In this document: positions 1-9,974 of the stretch, piece after piece | How the letters are laid out: the number at the start of each line of letters is the position of its first letter | How positions within the stretch are numbered: position 1 is the first letter of the stretch | Source of the DNA: a virus | Lineage: Duplodnaviria; Caudoviricetes | IMG/VR virus record: IMGVR_UViG_3300017911_001490 | Span: 1-64,000 of that record | Strand: one strand, 5' to 3' | Length of the DNA stretch: 64,000 bases | The notes under the pieces: generated by a model | Seen by the model: only the letters and a program-made list of their open reading frames with translations | The model's database searches: none | Told to the model about the DNA's origin: nothing | Translations under genes and position numbers: made by a program

Positions 1-3000
1 GTCGAAGCATTTGATTCAACATTTAAGGCATCCAAGACCAAGCAATACAAGCGATTAATTGATATGCAGTCAAAGGGATGGTCATTGCAAGGCAAGTTTG
101 GGACCAACGATATAGCGAAAGATATAGATATTCTATACACAGGGATTGATGCATTCAGTCGTGATCCAAAGATTCTCGATGCAGTTAACAACCTGCAGGA
201 GGGAATAGCTCAAGCAGAAGAGCAAGCAGTTCAAGCTAATAGAAATAAAATAAAAGACCTTGAGAAGAAGAAGGCAGACTTGGTTAAAGCAAAAGCTAAA
301 GCAAAAGCTGAAGCCGCAAAAAAAGCAAAAGAGACCCCCAAGAAGACAGCCAAGACAACCAAGAAGAGCAAGGCAAAGGAAACAGAAACACCTGCACCAA
401 GTAGTGAACCAAGTAAGATTGAGCAGTTGCTTGCGAGGCAGGCTGAATTAGCACAGAAGGATCAAGAAATTTCTAGTACGATAGCCGACCTTGCAAGGCG
501 TTTACGATCCGAGGATCAAGGAGCAAAAGCCAAGGGCACGCCCGAGAAAGATGACAAGTCAGAACTCCGTGCGATTTACCAAAAACTTCTAAAGGAGCAG
601 AAAGCATTACGAGAAGAACAGGATGCACTAAATGCAGAGATTGAGAAACTATTAGACGAGGAGCAAAAAGCACCTGGAGAATCTAAAATAGATGAGGAGA
701 TAGCAGTTGTAGAGCAAGAGATCAGCAGGGCGTATGATGTAGAAGCCGCTCAGCAGAAAAAGAAATCCAAGGCTGAAACAACTGAAGCTCGTACAGGACA
801 GGTAAGTATACAACGGGATGGCGGGACTGAGGATGGTGGCGCTGGTTTTGATCTTAAGGATCAAAGTGGTACTCGTGGAGCATCAAAGGTGACCACAGGA
901 AAATCTAGTTCGGGTACTACAGTTGTAAATCAAACCAAGCAAACAGCACAGAAGTCGGCATTAAGAAGTATTACGCAGTTGAGTCGTGGTGATTTCGGTA
1001 GACTGCTCCTTGATGTTGGTCTTTACGAGGATTATTTAAATTCATTGGATTATGCCGCAGGTGGAATCAAGAATTATGCTGATATAGATGTTACAAAACT
1101 ACAGGTTAATCGAGTTCCCCCGAAAACCTTTACCGACAGAAGAGGTAAAAAAGTATTATCCTTGGAGGAGTTGCTCAAGACTGCATACGAAAGGGGTGTA
1201 GCTGAAAACAGGATCAAGCCGTTTTATAAAGGCAAGGCGGTTGCCGGGCAGAAGAGAGAAATACAAAGAGAACTCACAGATGATCAACTAGCAACGCTTG
1301 CAAGGATGGTGTTTAAGCATGTCAAGGCGGCACCTGATATCGTAGCTAACTACAAAATGAAACAGGATGAGGCCCAAGGCATAGAGCTTGAGCGGGCTGA
1401 ACCTGAGAAAAAGGAGGAATCGGGAGTTGTTCCCAAGCTTGTTAAATTTCTACAAGAATATGAAGTACCTATAAGTTCTAATCAGATAGAAGAGATTACT
1501 GGTGGTGATCTATCGTTTGCTGTCAATCGGGACACAATGATAAATGATGTCGCTTTGGAGATTTCAGATATACTTGATATTGCCGAGCAGGATGAATTTG
1601 TAACAGACTTCAAGAACTCTTTCTCCAAGGAGGAGATTACAGAATTAGTAGACCCCAAGGGAACAGAGCGGATACGAGTTGCCGAAGAACCTCAAGGTCT
1701 TGAGATAAAGGAACCATATCAGCTTGATGAGTCTCGATTAAATGATGGTGAGGCTAGGCTGGATAATATGATTGATCCACAAACTGGTAAGGTGATTTGG
1801 AGAAACCATGCCCCTATCGATGTGGATAGTATTGAGAAGTCAATCAGTGAGGCCCGAAGATTACTCAAGCAAGCTCAAGCACCCGAGCAAAATCCATTGA
1901 TTACAATGGGGAGAGAGGATCGTGTTACAGAAGGTATGGCGGCAATCCGAAGATTCTCCCCCGACCTCAAGGGTGGTAGAGCGCAGACCGCCATCAATCA
2001 GATCATAGATCAATTTCCTAACCTGGCGGGTGTTGGTCCGGTTGCTCGAATGATAAGCGGGAGTAAATTCCTACAGGACTACAATGTGGAGTTCATGGAG
2101 TGGAAGGACTACAGGCAGTACGCAAGTGTAAATGGAGTAGTTACTCAAGCGGTTCACATGCCGAGTCAAAAGAGAATTATAATATCAGATGCCTTCTGGA
2201 ACCCTTCGGATCCATTAACGGCAGATGAATCTCTAGCGGCTAATATAGTACACGAACTCTTACACCCCGTAATACAACCTGCAATCGACATCGGTCACGC
2301 CATGGCTCATGGCAACGATTTCGATATCGATCCGTCTGTATTAAACACAAGCAAGGAAGCACTTGAGAAAATATACACCGATGTAAATGATACACTACTT
2401 CCGTATCTGCGAGAGCAATCAAAGGGCAACCTTGATCTTCGTTACGGGCTGTCATCCATAGATGAGTTCTTTAATGTATTCGCATCAGATGCTCAGTTCA
2501 GGGAGTTCCTAGCAAACACACAACTACCCCAGTCTATGCGACGCAAGGGTATCATGCAGACAGTGTTGGATTTCATTTACCACTTACTCGCAAAGCTAAA
2601 CTTCCCCGTGGCTAAGACAGACTCTGCGATGAAGTATGCTACCGAACAACTTGATATATTGATTAGGGAGAGCGGAGCGATCGGAGCCGACATTGATAAC
2701 TATGGTGAACCTCAAGGGAATCAGATGAGGAAATTCATGGATAAGTACGGGTCATCAAGATTTAAAAATCAGTCAGTAGAAGCCACGAATATAGGATTCA
2801 GAAACGCACAAATAAAGTACGATGATGAGTTTTTCGAAGACTACCCTCACGACACAAGCCTTGATATAGTAGCTACAATAAATGGAGAGACTAAGGTTAT
2901 TGGAAATATAACAGGAAATGCGAACGATGTGTGGAACACAGAAAAGGGTAAAGATGAATACGAGTTCCATATTGTGGGTGGACATATCAATGAAGAGTTC

Positions 3001-6000
3001 AGGGGGAAGGGTAACTACAAGAAAGCATTACGGGCACTGCTCGATAGGTATGACAAGGTACATAGCCATACAAGTTTAACATCCGCAGCCGAGGGTGCAT
3101 GGAAATCCATAGGTGGAAAAGCAGAAACGGATCGTTATGGTTATACCACTTACTCCATATCAAATACAGCTCAAGGGAATGCAATCAAGGGACTAACTCC
3201 TGACGAAAAGAAACATTTAGAAAACAAACTTGACCCAAAAGCAACATACGACAAAGATACAATTTTATTCTACGATGAGACACTCCAAGAAATCAGCAGA
3301 AGAGCAACCCCCGGAAGCCAAGAATATGACATCATCCGCGCGATCAATGTCGCAAGAACAGGCGAGGCAGGTAGCGGAGCAGGCCTGGGGATACAAAAGA
3401 CCAAGACAATCACTAACGCCCAAGGACTTGAAAGACTTAGACGATTTGCAATCGAGAGCGGAAAAACTGTTGACCGAGCTGAGTTCGACGACCAATTAGA
3501 TTGGGGAGAGATCATGAGTGGTGAACATAGGGTTCACTACGACGATCAGAATAATAGATACTTCAAGGAGTATGTAACTTACAGGACTAGCGGGAACATA
3601 CAGGGAGAGAATAGACTCGCAGACCAAACACTCGATACATATCTCGAGCGATTACTTGTACATAATTATTTATTCCCCGAGGTAGCCTATCAATTCGAGG
3701 GACTAATAGAAGAGAGGGACGGACAATCATTAAATCCTGTGGTTAGTCAGGAAGGGTTTGGAGAGTCCAATCCGCCTCCTGCTATGATAAATGAATACAT
3801 GATTAGCAAGGGGTTCCGATTGGTTCCTGAGTTAGGGTTCTCCAGAATTGAAAAACAGATTCCCAGTGAGGGTAATCCAATATTTAGAAAATTCTCATAC
3901 GGAGGATACCAAAGGGGAGATATTGTTGTAAGAGATTTAGGTGAGCGGAATGCAAAAGTTGTGGATGGCACATTGTATCCTTTTGATCCACTTGTTGAAA
4001 TTGGCTTTAAACAATCAATCGAAAGACTTCAAGCTCAGCTCGACCTTATTGAAAAGTCAGTGAAGGAGACTAAAGGTTACAGGGGACTATCCAAGGCACA
4101 GCTACTGGAACAAGTAAATCTGATTGTGTCTGAGATCAAAGACCTTCGCAGAAGAGGTGAACAGGAGAATGCACAAGGTAATGCAATAAAGGAGCAACTC
4201 GGATCACCCAATCCCGACGATAATGCACGGGTAATGATGGAAGCAAATGCCGCGGGCTTCAATGAAATGGAAACTGAACTCATCAAGGTATATAACGAGG
4301 TGGGTAATAAGACAGGGATGGAACTGAAAGAGTTCCTTGATTACTACGGAAAACCTGGTCGTGATAATCTCTCAACGATTCGCAAGCGACTGGACAAAGA
4401 CCTCAAACCATTCATGGAGACATCCGAGAATGTAAGGATCAGTGACGCAGGACTTAATCGAATTGCTAGGAATTGGGGCATCCGCAAGGCAATAGCTAAC
4501 CTAGAAAAGGTACGTACGAAAGCACGAAAGAAGTTAGCCGCCCTCAGTTTCCTAGAGGAAAGGCATGAGAAGAGCATCATCGACAGCAAGCAACTCTATG
4601 AGGATCTACTTAATGGTAGGTTTCCACCCACGGGCAAACAGGTAGATCATATACTCAAGAAGGTACAGGCGGTAAACTTTGATAAGCTCAGTGAGTATGT
4701 AAAAGCATTACCCAAGTCGGGGATGACCCAGGATAACATCAAGTCCTTAAGGAATATAAGCAAGGCAGACCTAGATGGTATCATAGAGTCCCTTGTGAAT
4801 ATGCCTGGTGTCATAGAGGATCAAAGTAAGCAGGAACTTTATGATGCAATAGAAGTATCAAATGATACCACGGGTATAAAAAGAATGGCAATTATGTACG
4901 CGATCAAGGAGAGCCGAGCTAACATGGCACTCTATAGATTGAGTAAAGGGAAGATAGGGGAAGACCAAAAACAAATTTTAGATGTTGCCCAAGCAATAGT
5001 TAAGGCACGCAAACCCGAACAGATAGATGCAATCTCTATACAAAAAGGAATAAAGGGTACACCGCTCAGGCAATTCGCAAAGATGCGAAAACAGGAACTG
5101 GAGGCACAGGAGTCTATAGGTAAGACAAGAGCTGAGATGGATACCTACAAGGCAATAAATGAAAAGTTGTTTGCTCGTAGTTCCCGACTCCGTGTAGCAC
5201 TTGGTGAACTCCAACCAGTTAATATATTTGACGGTGCAACTATTCTGACCATGGAGTGGGATGACAAGGAAGCTGAATGGAAAAGAGGGGAAGATTTTAA
5301 AGTACAGATAAAGAACGGGAAGATCGTGGATCGACCTAAGTTCGTTAAAGTAAATAGGGAAACCTTACGCTTTGTGAATGACCCCGAGATGCAAAAGAAG
5401 TATGGGCAGGAGCCATGGTTTGACATCATGAAGGAGCAAGCACTCCTAGCTATGTCTGAACCGATTGGGGAGGAATACTTTCATGTCCAAAGAGCATCAT
5501 GGATGACTGGATTACAAGGACTCACAGAGAGATTTAGTAAGCTAGGGTACGAAGGGATGAAATTGGCACAAATGAGTTCTCGTACAGTTGCCCTATTCCG
5601 TGACTACTCGTCTAAATCTCAAGCACTATCCTTGCAATTCAATGCCTCAGCTCAAAGGCTTATGTCTTCACTTAAGCTTAGTGGTAGAGAATTTTACTCG
5701 GGATTGTACCAAGACATATGGTGGTGGTTTGATAATCATCCTGAGTATGCAGGTAATGAAGAGAAGGCATTTGCCATGCTCTGGAAACACCTAAGAGAGA
5801 ACGCCAACATACCCGATAAGTCATTACTGACTGAAGATGCGAGAAGGCTGACAAAGGATATGATTGCCAAGACCCTAGCCGCTAGAGACTACGAGACACA
5901 AATAAATCGACAGTTGGGTAACAGGATCAGGGATGACGAGTTTCAGGTTGAATCATTTGTTGATGGTGAACTCACAGATTTCTATCGTCTGCCATTGGAT

Positions 6001-8844
6001 ATTGGATATGCAACCATGCCTAGATCAATCAACGATTCGTTAGTTGAAACAACGGTCGAGCGGATGGAGTCGCTTGGTTGGAGAGGTGAGACAGGTAAGG
6101 GTCTAATTGAGGAGGCGGCCAAAACCACAAGCCTGGAAGACATGGAGAAGATATACAAATCTCTATTCACAGAAGAAGTGGTTGAGAGGTTTGTCGAGCC
6201 ATACACCAATACGGATGTCAGGCAGTCCATGTTCCGTGGTCCTGCTGAAGAGGATGGTCATCAGTCATTCATAGGTAACACGTTTATTCGTGAAGCATAC
6301 AATATGAGTAAAGGTGACATCTACTTGATGTCGGATATAATTTTTGATCGCCTGGCAGAAGACCCAACCGATAGAGCTAGGATTGAATGGAAGTATAGCT
6401 TCCTAAAACAGATCGATAGCAGGTTTGGGCAACTCAAGAAGGTGCGGGATAACATAGTTGGAAAGAAGGTTGGTCAAGGCTTGCATGATCCCAAGCTAAT
6501 GAGAAACACCCCACAGAGTCTTGATTCCCGCATGATGGAGTCCCGCTTACCCAAGGAGTTTTTCTATTACACAATGTTTGATGAAGTAACATCGAATATT
6601 AGATTAGCACTTTCAGTTGCCACTTCCACATTCGGGCGAAGCGGAGATCAAGCCCAGCAAGCATTCGAAGGAGGAAGAGATACATATCGTCAGGCACGAT
6701 CTGATTTCAATACACTCATGGAGAAAGTTGTTGAGGGTAAGCATCAAGAACCACGCAGACACTATTCGCGTGCAGAAAAAAGAGATGCATACAAGGAACT
6801 TCGAAGACAGGGTGAGACTGATCCTGAGAAGAAGTTCAATGAGATGTATGGAAAGGCAGTTGCCTTGGGTGAGTTGGAAAGAGCTATGGAGCATCTCGCC
6901 AGGTATTACGGAAAAGACAACGCCGCCGGACCCTATAAGGATGCCAACTTATTACTTGAATTACTAGGTGTACAATCACTTGCTGTACTGAATAACCCGA
7001 AGTCATCCTTCTGGCAGAACCTTGGTTTGTTTGAGTTCCCTATGGCATTCCGTGGACTCAATAAGATGGCAGGTAAAGGTACTGCTACAGCACTTGGCAA
7101 CTTTGTGAATCAGACCTTTGGTGGGATGGTTGAGGCATTTGGCTTTGAGATGGATAAGGCGGGCAGGTACTCCCAGTATCTAAATAATACACACTTCCGT
7201 CTCGATGAGATGGAGGTAGGGTTCAAGGATTATGTTACCGCTCAACTCGGATCAGGTGGTGACCTAGCAGGTTATAATCCGAAGAAGTACCTCCGTATGG
7301 TTAAGCGTGCGATGATGCACAGTAAGGCGAAGAAAGGCGGAACCAGGGCTCCGTTTGATTTTCTCACTACCGTCAAGGGTATCTTTCCTTACATCAATAA
7401 TGTGGTTAATCATTCGATTGGTGTAGGTGCGATCAATGCATACAGCGATCTCGTGCTACAGGTTGCTAAAGAAATAGAGACCCGAGGAATTACAGAATTT
7501 AAAGAGTTCACTCCCGAAGAACTGGGCATGGGCGACAAGATGGGTGAGTGGATTATTGGTGAGAAGGATGGATACTTGAGGATGAATGAACTCCTTATAT
7601 CTCACGGACTACCTACTGTTTCACGATTAGCCTTTGACTTTATAGATCGAAAAAAGATCGAGAAGAATGCATTCCCTATCGAGAAGAATACAGCTTTATT
7701 AATTAACACAATCGCAATGGATCAAATCTCCGGGGATGGGTTCAACGCAAAACCTGCATGGTTGTACTCAAATGAGTACCTTAGATACTTTAATACATTT
7801 CTTGGTTGGCCTCTAGGTAAGATGGGACGAGATCTATCTGCAGTCATTCGTGACTCAGAAGACCCAACCACTACCTATATGGCACTCCTCAAGTATGTGG
7901 GACTTCTTTCCGCAGTATACATGCCACTATCTTTATCCTTCGCAATGATGATTGATTGGTATGATGAAGAGATGCTAGAGAAACCAAATAACTTGCCCCC
8001 GATTAGTCCTTGGGCGGCACTCCCTGTGATTGGTATTCCGTTGGCAATGCAAGACCCTAATTTTTCGATCTACTCGGTCACATCAAGGATCGCGAAAGCG
8101 GGTGTACCATTTGGTATGGGTGGTGAGTTAGTGAATGGTATGTTTGCAAAGGGTGATCCTTACGGAGCCGCCCGTGACCTCAGCTTGGATAGTAGAATCT
8201 TTATCTTTGGTATGTTTAAAAACATCTATGACGCTATAGGCACATGGGTGCATCAAGGCGAGTGGGACTGGGAAACTGTTGGTCGTCCGATTGCTTACGG
8301 AGTGGGTGGAAACTCTGTCATACAGATGATTGACCTCGCTACTGCCCAAATGGATATTGATTCAGAAGAACGCAGGGTGGCGGATTACATTGGCATAAAG
8401 AACACCATTAAGAAGACTGCTTTCATGATGGGGCTCGAGCTTCGCCCTCCATTCAAGGGTGGCGGTCGCCCAAGTAAAATGAGTATCAATACCAGGCAAA
8501 TGGCAAGAGCGGCATATGCGGGGGATAGTGATACATTTCTTCGAGAATACCAAGAGGCACTAGCGGCGGCACGCGAAGCAGGCAAGGAAGACCCCGAGAG
8601 GGATGTAATTACAAGTTATAAATCTAGGGATATAAGGACCGGGATTACTAGAACTAAATTATCTGACTATGAGTGGCAGTTAATATTGAGTGCCCTGGAT
8701 GAAGAGGATCGATTGCGGGTTCAACGGGCTGTAGCATCACATGAACATTACCTCAGGATGATTGGAGGAAGCTATAGAGCTGAGTCTCCTAGACGAATTT
8801 ACGACAGTATGGAGGCAAGAAGAATTGCAGCTTCCTTGTTCTAA
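1..8844 (+). CDS. Giant virion/ejection-type polyvalent protein, 5'-truncated (zincin metallopeptidase, GNAT and kinase-like modules)
   Basis: Frame is open from base 1 to the ATG at 64. HELLH zincin motif at 2251-2265; GNAT motif-A-like EEFRGKGNY at about 2995; kinase-like RYFKEY...RDLGERN...YPFDP at about 3550-3995; hydrophobic segments near the C-terminus. Confidence 0.8.
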   Translation, partial: VEAFDSTFKASKTKQYKRLIDMQSKGWSLQGKFGTNDIAKDIDILYTGIDAFSRDPKILDAVNNLQEGIAQAEEQAVQANRNKIKDLEKKKADLVKAKAKAKAEAAKKAKETPKKTAKTTKKSKAKETETPAPSSEPSKIEQLLARQAELAQKDQEISSTIADLARRLRSEDQGAKAKGTPEKDDKSELRAIYQKLLKEQKALREEQDALNAEIEKLLDEEQKAPGESKIDEEIAVVEQEISRAYDVEAAQQKKKSKAETTEARTGQVSIQRDGGTEDGGAGFDLKDQSGTRGASKVTTGKSSSGTTVVNQTKQTAQKSALRSITQLSRGDFGRLLLDVGLYEDYLNSLDYAAGGIKNYADIDVTKLQVNRVPPKTFTDRRGKKVLSLEELLKTAYERGVAENRIKPFYKGKAVAGQKREIQRELTDDQLATLARMVFKHVKAAPDIVANYKMKQDEAQGIELERAEPEKKEESGVVPKLVKFLQEYEVPISSNQIEEITGGDLSFAVNRDTMINDVALEISDILDIAEQDEFVTDFKNSFSKEEITELVDPKGTERIRVAEEPQGLEIKEPYQLDESRLNDGEARLDNMIDPQTGKVIWRNHAPIDVDSIEKSISEARRLLKQAQAPEQNPLITMGREDRVTEGMAAIRRFSPDLKGGRAQTAINQIIDQFPNLAGVGPVARMISGSKFLQDYNVEFMEWKDYRQYASVNGVVTQAVHMPSQKRIIISDAFWNPSDPLTADESLAANIVHELLHPVIQPAIDIGHAMAHGNDFDIDPSVLNTSKEALEKIYTDVNDTLLPYLREQSKGNLDLRYGLSSIDEFFNVFASDAQFREFLANTQLPQSMRRKGIMQTVLDFIYHLLAKLNFPVAKTDSAMKYATEQLDILIRESGAIGADIDNYGEPQGNQMRKFMDKYGSSRFKNQSVEATNIGFRNAQIKYDDEFFEDYPHDTSLDIVATINGETKVIGNITGNANDVWNTEKGKDEYEFHIVGGHINEEFRGKGNYKKALRALLDRYDKVHSHTSLTSAAEGAWKSIGGKAETDRYGYTTYSISNTAQGNAIKGLTPDEKKHLENKLDPKATYDKDTILFYDETLQEISRRATPGSQEYDIIRAINVARTGEAGSGAGLGIQKTKTITNAQGLERLRRFAIESGKTVDRAEFDDQLDWGEIMSGEHRVHYDDQNNRYFKEYVTYRTSGNIQGENRLADQTLDTYLERLLVHNYLFPEVAYQFEGLIEERDGQSLNPVVSQEGFGESNPPPAMINEYMISKGFRLVPELGFSRIEKQIPSEGNPIFRKFSYGGYQRGDIVVRDLGERNAKVVDGTLYPFDPLVEIGFKQSIERLQAQLDLIEKSVKETKGYRGLSKAQLLEQVNLIVSEIKDLRRRGEQENAQGNAIKEQLGSPNPDDNARVMMEANAAGFNEMETELIKVYNEVGNKTGMELKEFLDYYGKPGRDNLSTIRKRLDKDLKPFMETSENVRISDAGLNRIARNWGIRKAIANLEKVRTKARKKLAALSFLEERHEKSIIDSKQLYEDLLNGRFPPTGKQVDHILKKVQAVNFDKLSEYVKALPKSGMTQDNIKSLRNISKADLDGIIESLVNMPGVIEDQSKQELYDAIEVSNDTTGIKRMAIMYAIKESRANMALYRLSKGKIGEDQKQILDVAQAIVKARKPEQIDAISIQKGIKGTPLRQFAKMRKQELEAQESIGKTRAEMDTYKAINEKLFARSSRLRVALGELQPVNIFDGATILTMEWDDKEAEWKRGEDFKVQIKNGKIVDRPKFVKVNRETLRFVNDPEMQKKYGQEPWFDIMKEQALLAMSEPIGEEYFHVQRASWMTGLQGLTERFSKLGYEGMKLAQMSSRTVALFRDYSSKSQALSLQFNASAQRLMSSLKLSGREFYSGLYQDIWWWFDNHPEYAGNEEKAFAMLWKHLRENANIPDKSLLTEDARRLTKDMIAKTLAARDYETQINRQLGNRIRDDEFQVESFVDGELTDFYRLPLDIGYATMPRSINDSLVETTVERMESLGWRGETGKGLIEEAAKTTSLEDMEKIYKSLFTEEVVERFVEPYTNTDVRQSMFRGPAEEDGHQSFIGNTFIREAYNMSKGDIYLMSDIIFDRLAEDPTDRARIEWKYSFLKQIDSRFGQLKKVRDNIVGKKVGQGLHDPKLMRNTPQSLDSRMMESRLPKEFFYYTMFDEVTSNIRLALSVATSTFGRSGDQAQQAFEGGRDTYRQARSDFNTLMEKVVEGKHQEPRRHYSRAEKRDAYKELRRQGETDPEKKFNEMYGKAVALGELERAMEHLARYYGKDNAAGPYKDANLLLELLGVQSLAVLNNPKSSFWQNLGLFEFPMAFRGLNKMAGKGTATALGNFVNQTFGGMVEAFGFEMDKAGRYSQYLNNTHFRLDEMEVGFKDYVTAQLGSGGDLAGYNPKKYLRMVKRAMMHSKAKKGGTRAPFDFLTTVKGIFPYINNVVNHSIGVGAINAYSDLVLQVAKEIETRGITEFKEFTPEELGMGDKMGEWIIGEKDGYLRMNELLISHGLPTVSRLAFDFIDRKKIEKNAFPIEKNTALLINTIAMDQISGDGFNAKPAWLYSNEYLRYFNTFLGWPLGKMGRDLSAVIRDSEDPTTTYMALLKYVGLLSAVYMPLSLSFAMMIDWYDEEMLEKPNNLPPISPWAALPVIGIPLAMQDPNFSIYSVTSRIAKAGVPFGMGGELVNGMFAKGDPYGAARDLSLDSRIFIFGMFKNIYDAIGTWVHQGEWDWETVGRPIAYGVGGNSVIQMIDLATAQMDIDSEERRVADYIGIKNTIKKTAFMMGLELRPPFKGGGRPSKMSINTRQMARAAYAGDSDTFLREYQEALAAAREAGKEDPERDVITSYKSRDIRTGITRTKLSDYEWQLILSALDEEDRLRVQRAVASHEHYLRMIGGSYRAESPRRIYDSMEARRIAASLF

Positions 8845-9254
8845 TGAGTGTTCATAAACGAGCGGGTACATTGTATGAAAGTATGTTCAAGGTTGAGGCT
8901 ATGAAGCGTGGCTTAGAGATAAGTGAGACCGAAGGCGACTACTTGCCGTACGATTGCATCATAGATAACGGAAAGAAACTATTTAAGGTGCAGGTCAAAG
9001 GAACTAAATCAAAGCAATCCAATACGGGATACAACATCACAACAGGGATGGGAGCGAAGACTAGCGAGAAGCACCGATATAGTGATACCGCCTTTGATAT
9101 TCTAGCCGCCCTTGTCGTAGGAGATGGAGCCACCCATTGGTATATAATACCCCGTGATAAATTGGGGAAAAATCTAACAATTAAACTCTATCCAAACGGG
9201 AGCAGTAAGGGGAGATGGGAGAAGTTTAGACATAGTTGGGATTTAATTTGTTAA
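8844..9254 (+). CDS. Free-standing PD-(D/E)XK endonuclease (PDDEXK_5-like, homing-endonuclease type)
   Basis: G..YE...PYDCIID...KVQVK motif. Confidence 0.8.
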   Translation: MSVHKRAGTLYESMFKVEAMKRGLEISETEGDYLPYDCIIDNGKKLFKVQVKGTKSKQSNTGYNITTGMGAKTSEKHRYSDTAFDILAALVVGDGATHWYIIPRDKLGKNLTIKLYPNGSSKGRWEKFRHSWDLIC

Positions 9255-9268
9255 GTACTCGACAACTT

Positions 9269-9290
9269 GTAACACGATAAAGTAAGTTAC
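9269..9290 (+). promoter_or_regulatory. 22-bp phage regulatory palindrome, copy 1
   Basis: GTAACAC-GATAAAGT-AAGTTAC, 4 nt before the ATG at 9295. Confidence 0.6.
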
Positions 9291-9294
9291 TACA

Positions 9295-9432
9295 ATGCAC
9301 ACTCATATCATTTTAAATCACGATGTCGGACTTCACCTTGTTATAAACTCGGAGGAGGAAAATATTGATTTAAGTGAAGTGATTGACCAGCTAATCATCA
9401 AACAACTTTGCCATGCCGAAGCCGGGATATAG
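9295..9432 (+). CDS. Small hypothetical protein (45 aa, not in ORF track)
   Basis: MHTHIILNHDVG...AEAGI; directly follows the palindrome and overlaps the next gene start. Confidence 0.4.
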   Translation: MHTHIILNHDVGLHLVINSEEENIDLSEVIDQLIIKQLCHAEAGI

Positions 9433-9643
9433 AGATCCAAACGCTAAGCCAAGGAGTAAGCGACAGCGCAAATACCAGGGAAAGCCCGAACAGCGTAAGA
9501 ACAGATCCTCCCGCAATAAAGCGAGAAGGAAGCTAAAGAGATGCAAAGGAAAGGATGTTCACCACAGGGACGGTAACCCAAGAAATAACAAGCGTTCCAA
9601 CTTGGTCTGTATGTCCAAGAAGAAAAACCGTAGCAAAAAATGA
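9413..9643 (+). CDS. Small basic HNH endonuclease-like protein
   Basis: DVHHRDGNPRNNKRSNL HNH motif. Confidence 0.75.
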   Translation: MPKPGYRDPNAKPRSKRQRKYQGKPEQRKNRSSRNKARRKLKRCKGKDVHHRDGNPRNNKRSNLVCMSKKKNRSKK

Positions 9644-9849
9644 CCCCGCAACAAGAAGATGATGCTAAGAGGAAGTGTATCCACGAGATCAAGGCATTGA
9701 TACACAGATGGGCAGGAGAGGAGTCAGACCTAGAGGACGAGGATGTGATCGATTGTCTGACTGAAGCAGTTAACGAATACTACGAAGAGGAGGTTATTGA
9801 TTTTGAAAGTGACATTGATTTGGGGGATGACGAGGAGACGGGAGACTGA
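9640..9849 (+). CDS. Acidic hypothetical protein
   Basis: ATGA coupling to the HNH gene. Confidence 0.6.
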   Translation: MTPQQEDDAKRKCIHEIKALIHRWAGEESDLEDEDVIDCLTEAVNEYYEEEVIDFESDIDLGDDEETGD

Positions 9850-9974
9850 AGAGTATTCTATCTACTCGGAAAGATTTAAGCGTGAAGTAGACGAAGCGCA
9901 TCGCAGGTTCTTTGAGGCTCGAGGCATAAACCCCGACAACCTAAATGGAATGGACGGTGACTTCTTATTTGGCT

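Noticed and set aside
8844-9254. Group I intron around the PD-(D/E)XK endonuclease
   Set aside because: The ORF is coupled directly to the stop of the upstream gene (TAATG) and interrupts no gene; it appears free-standing
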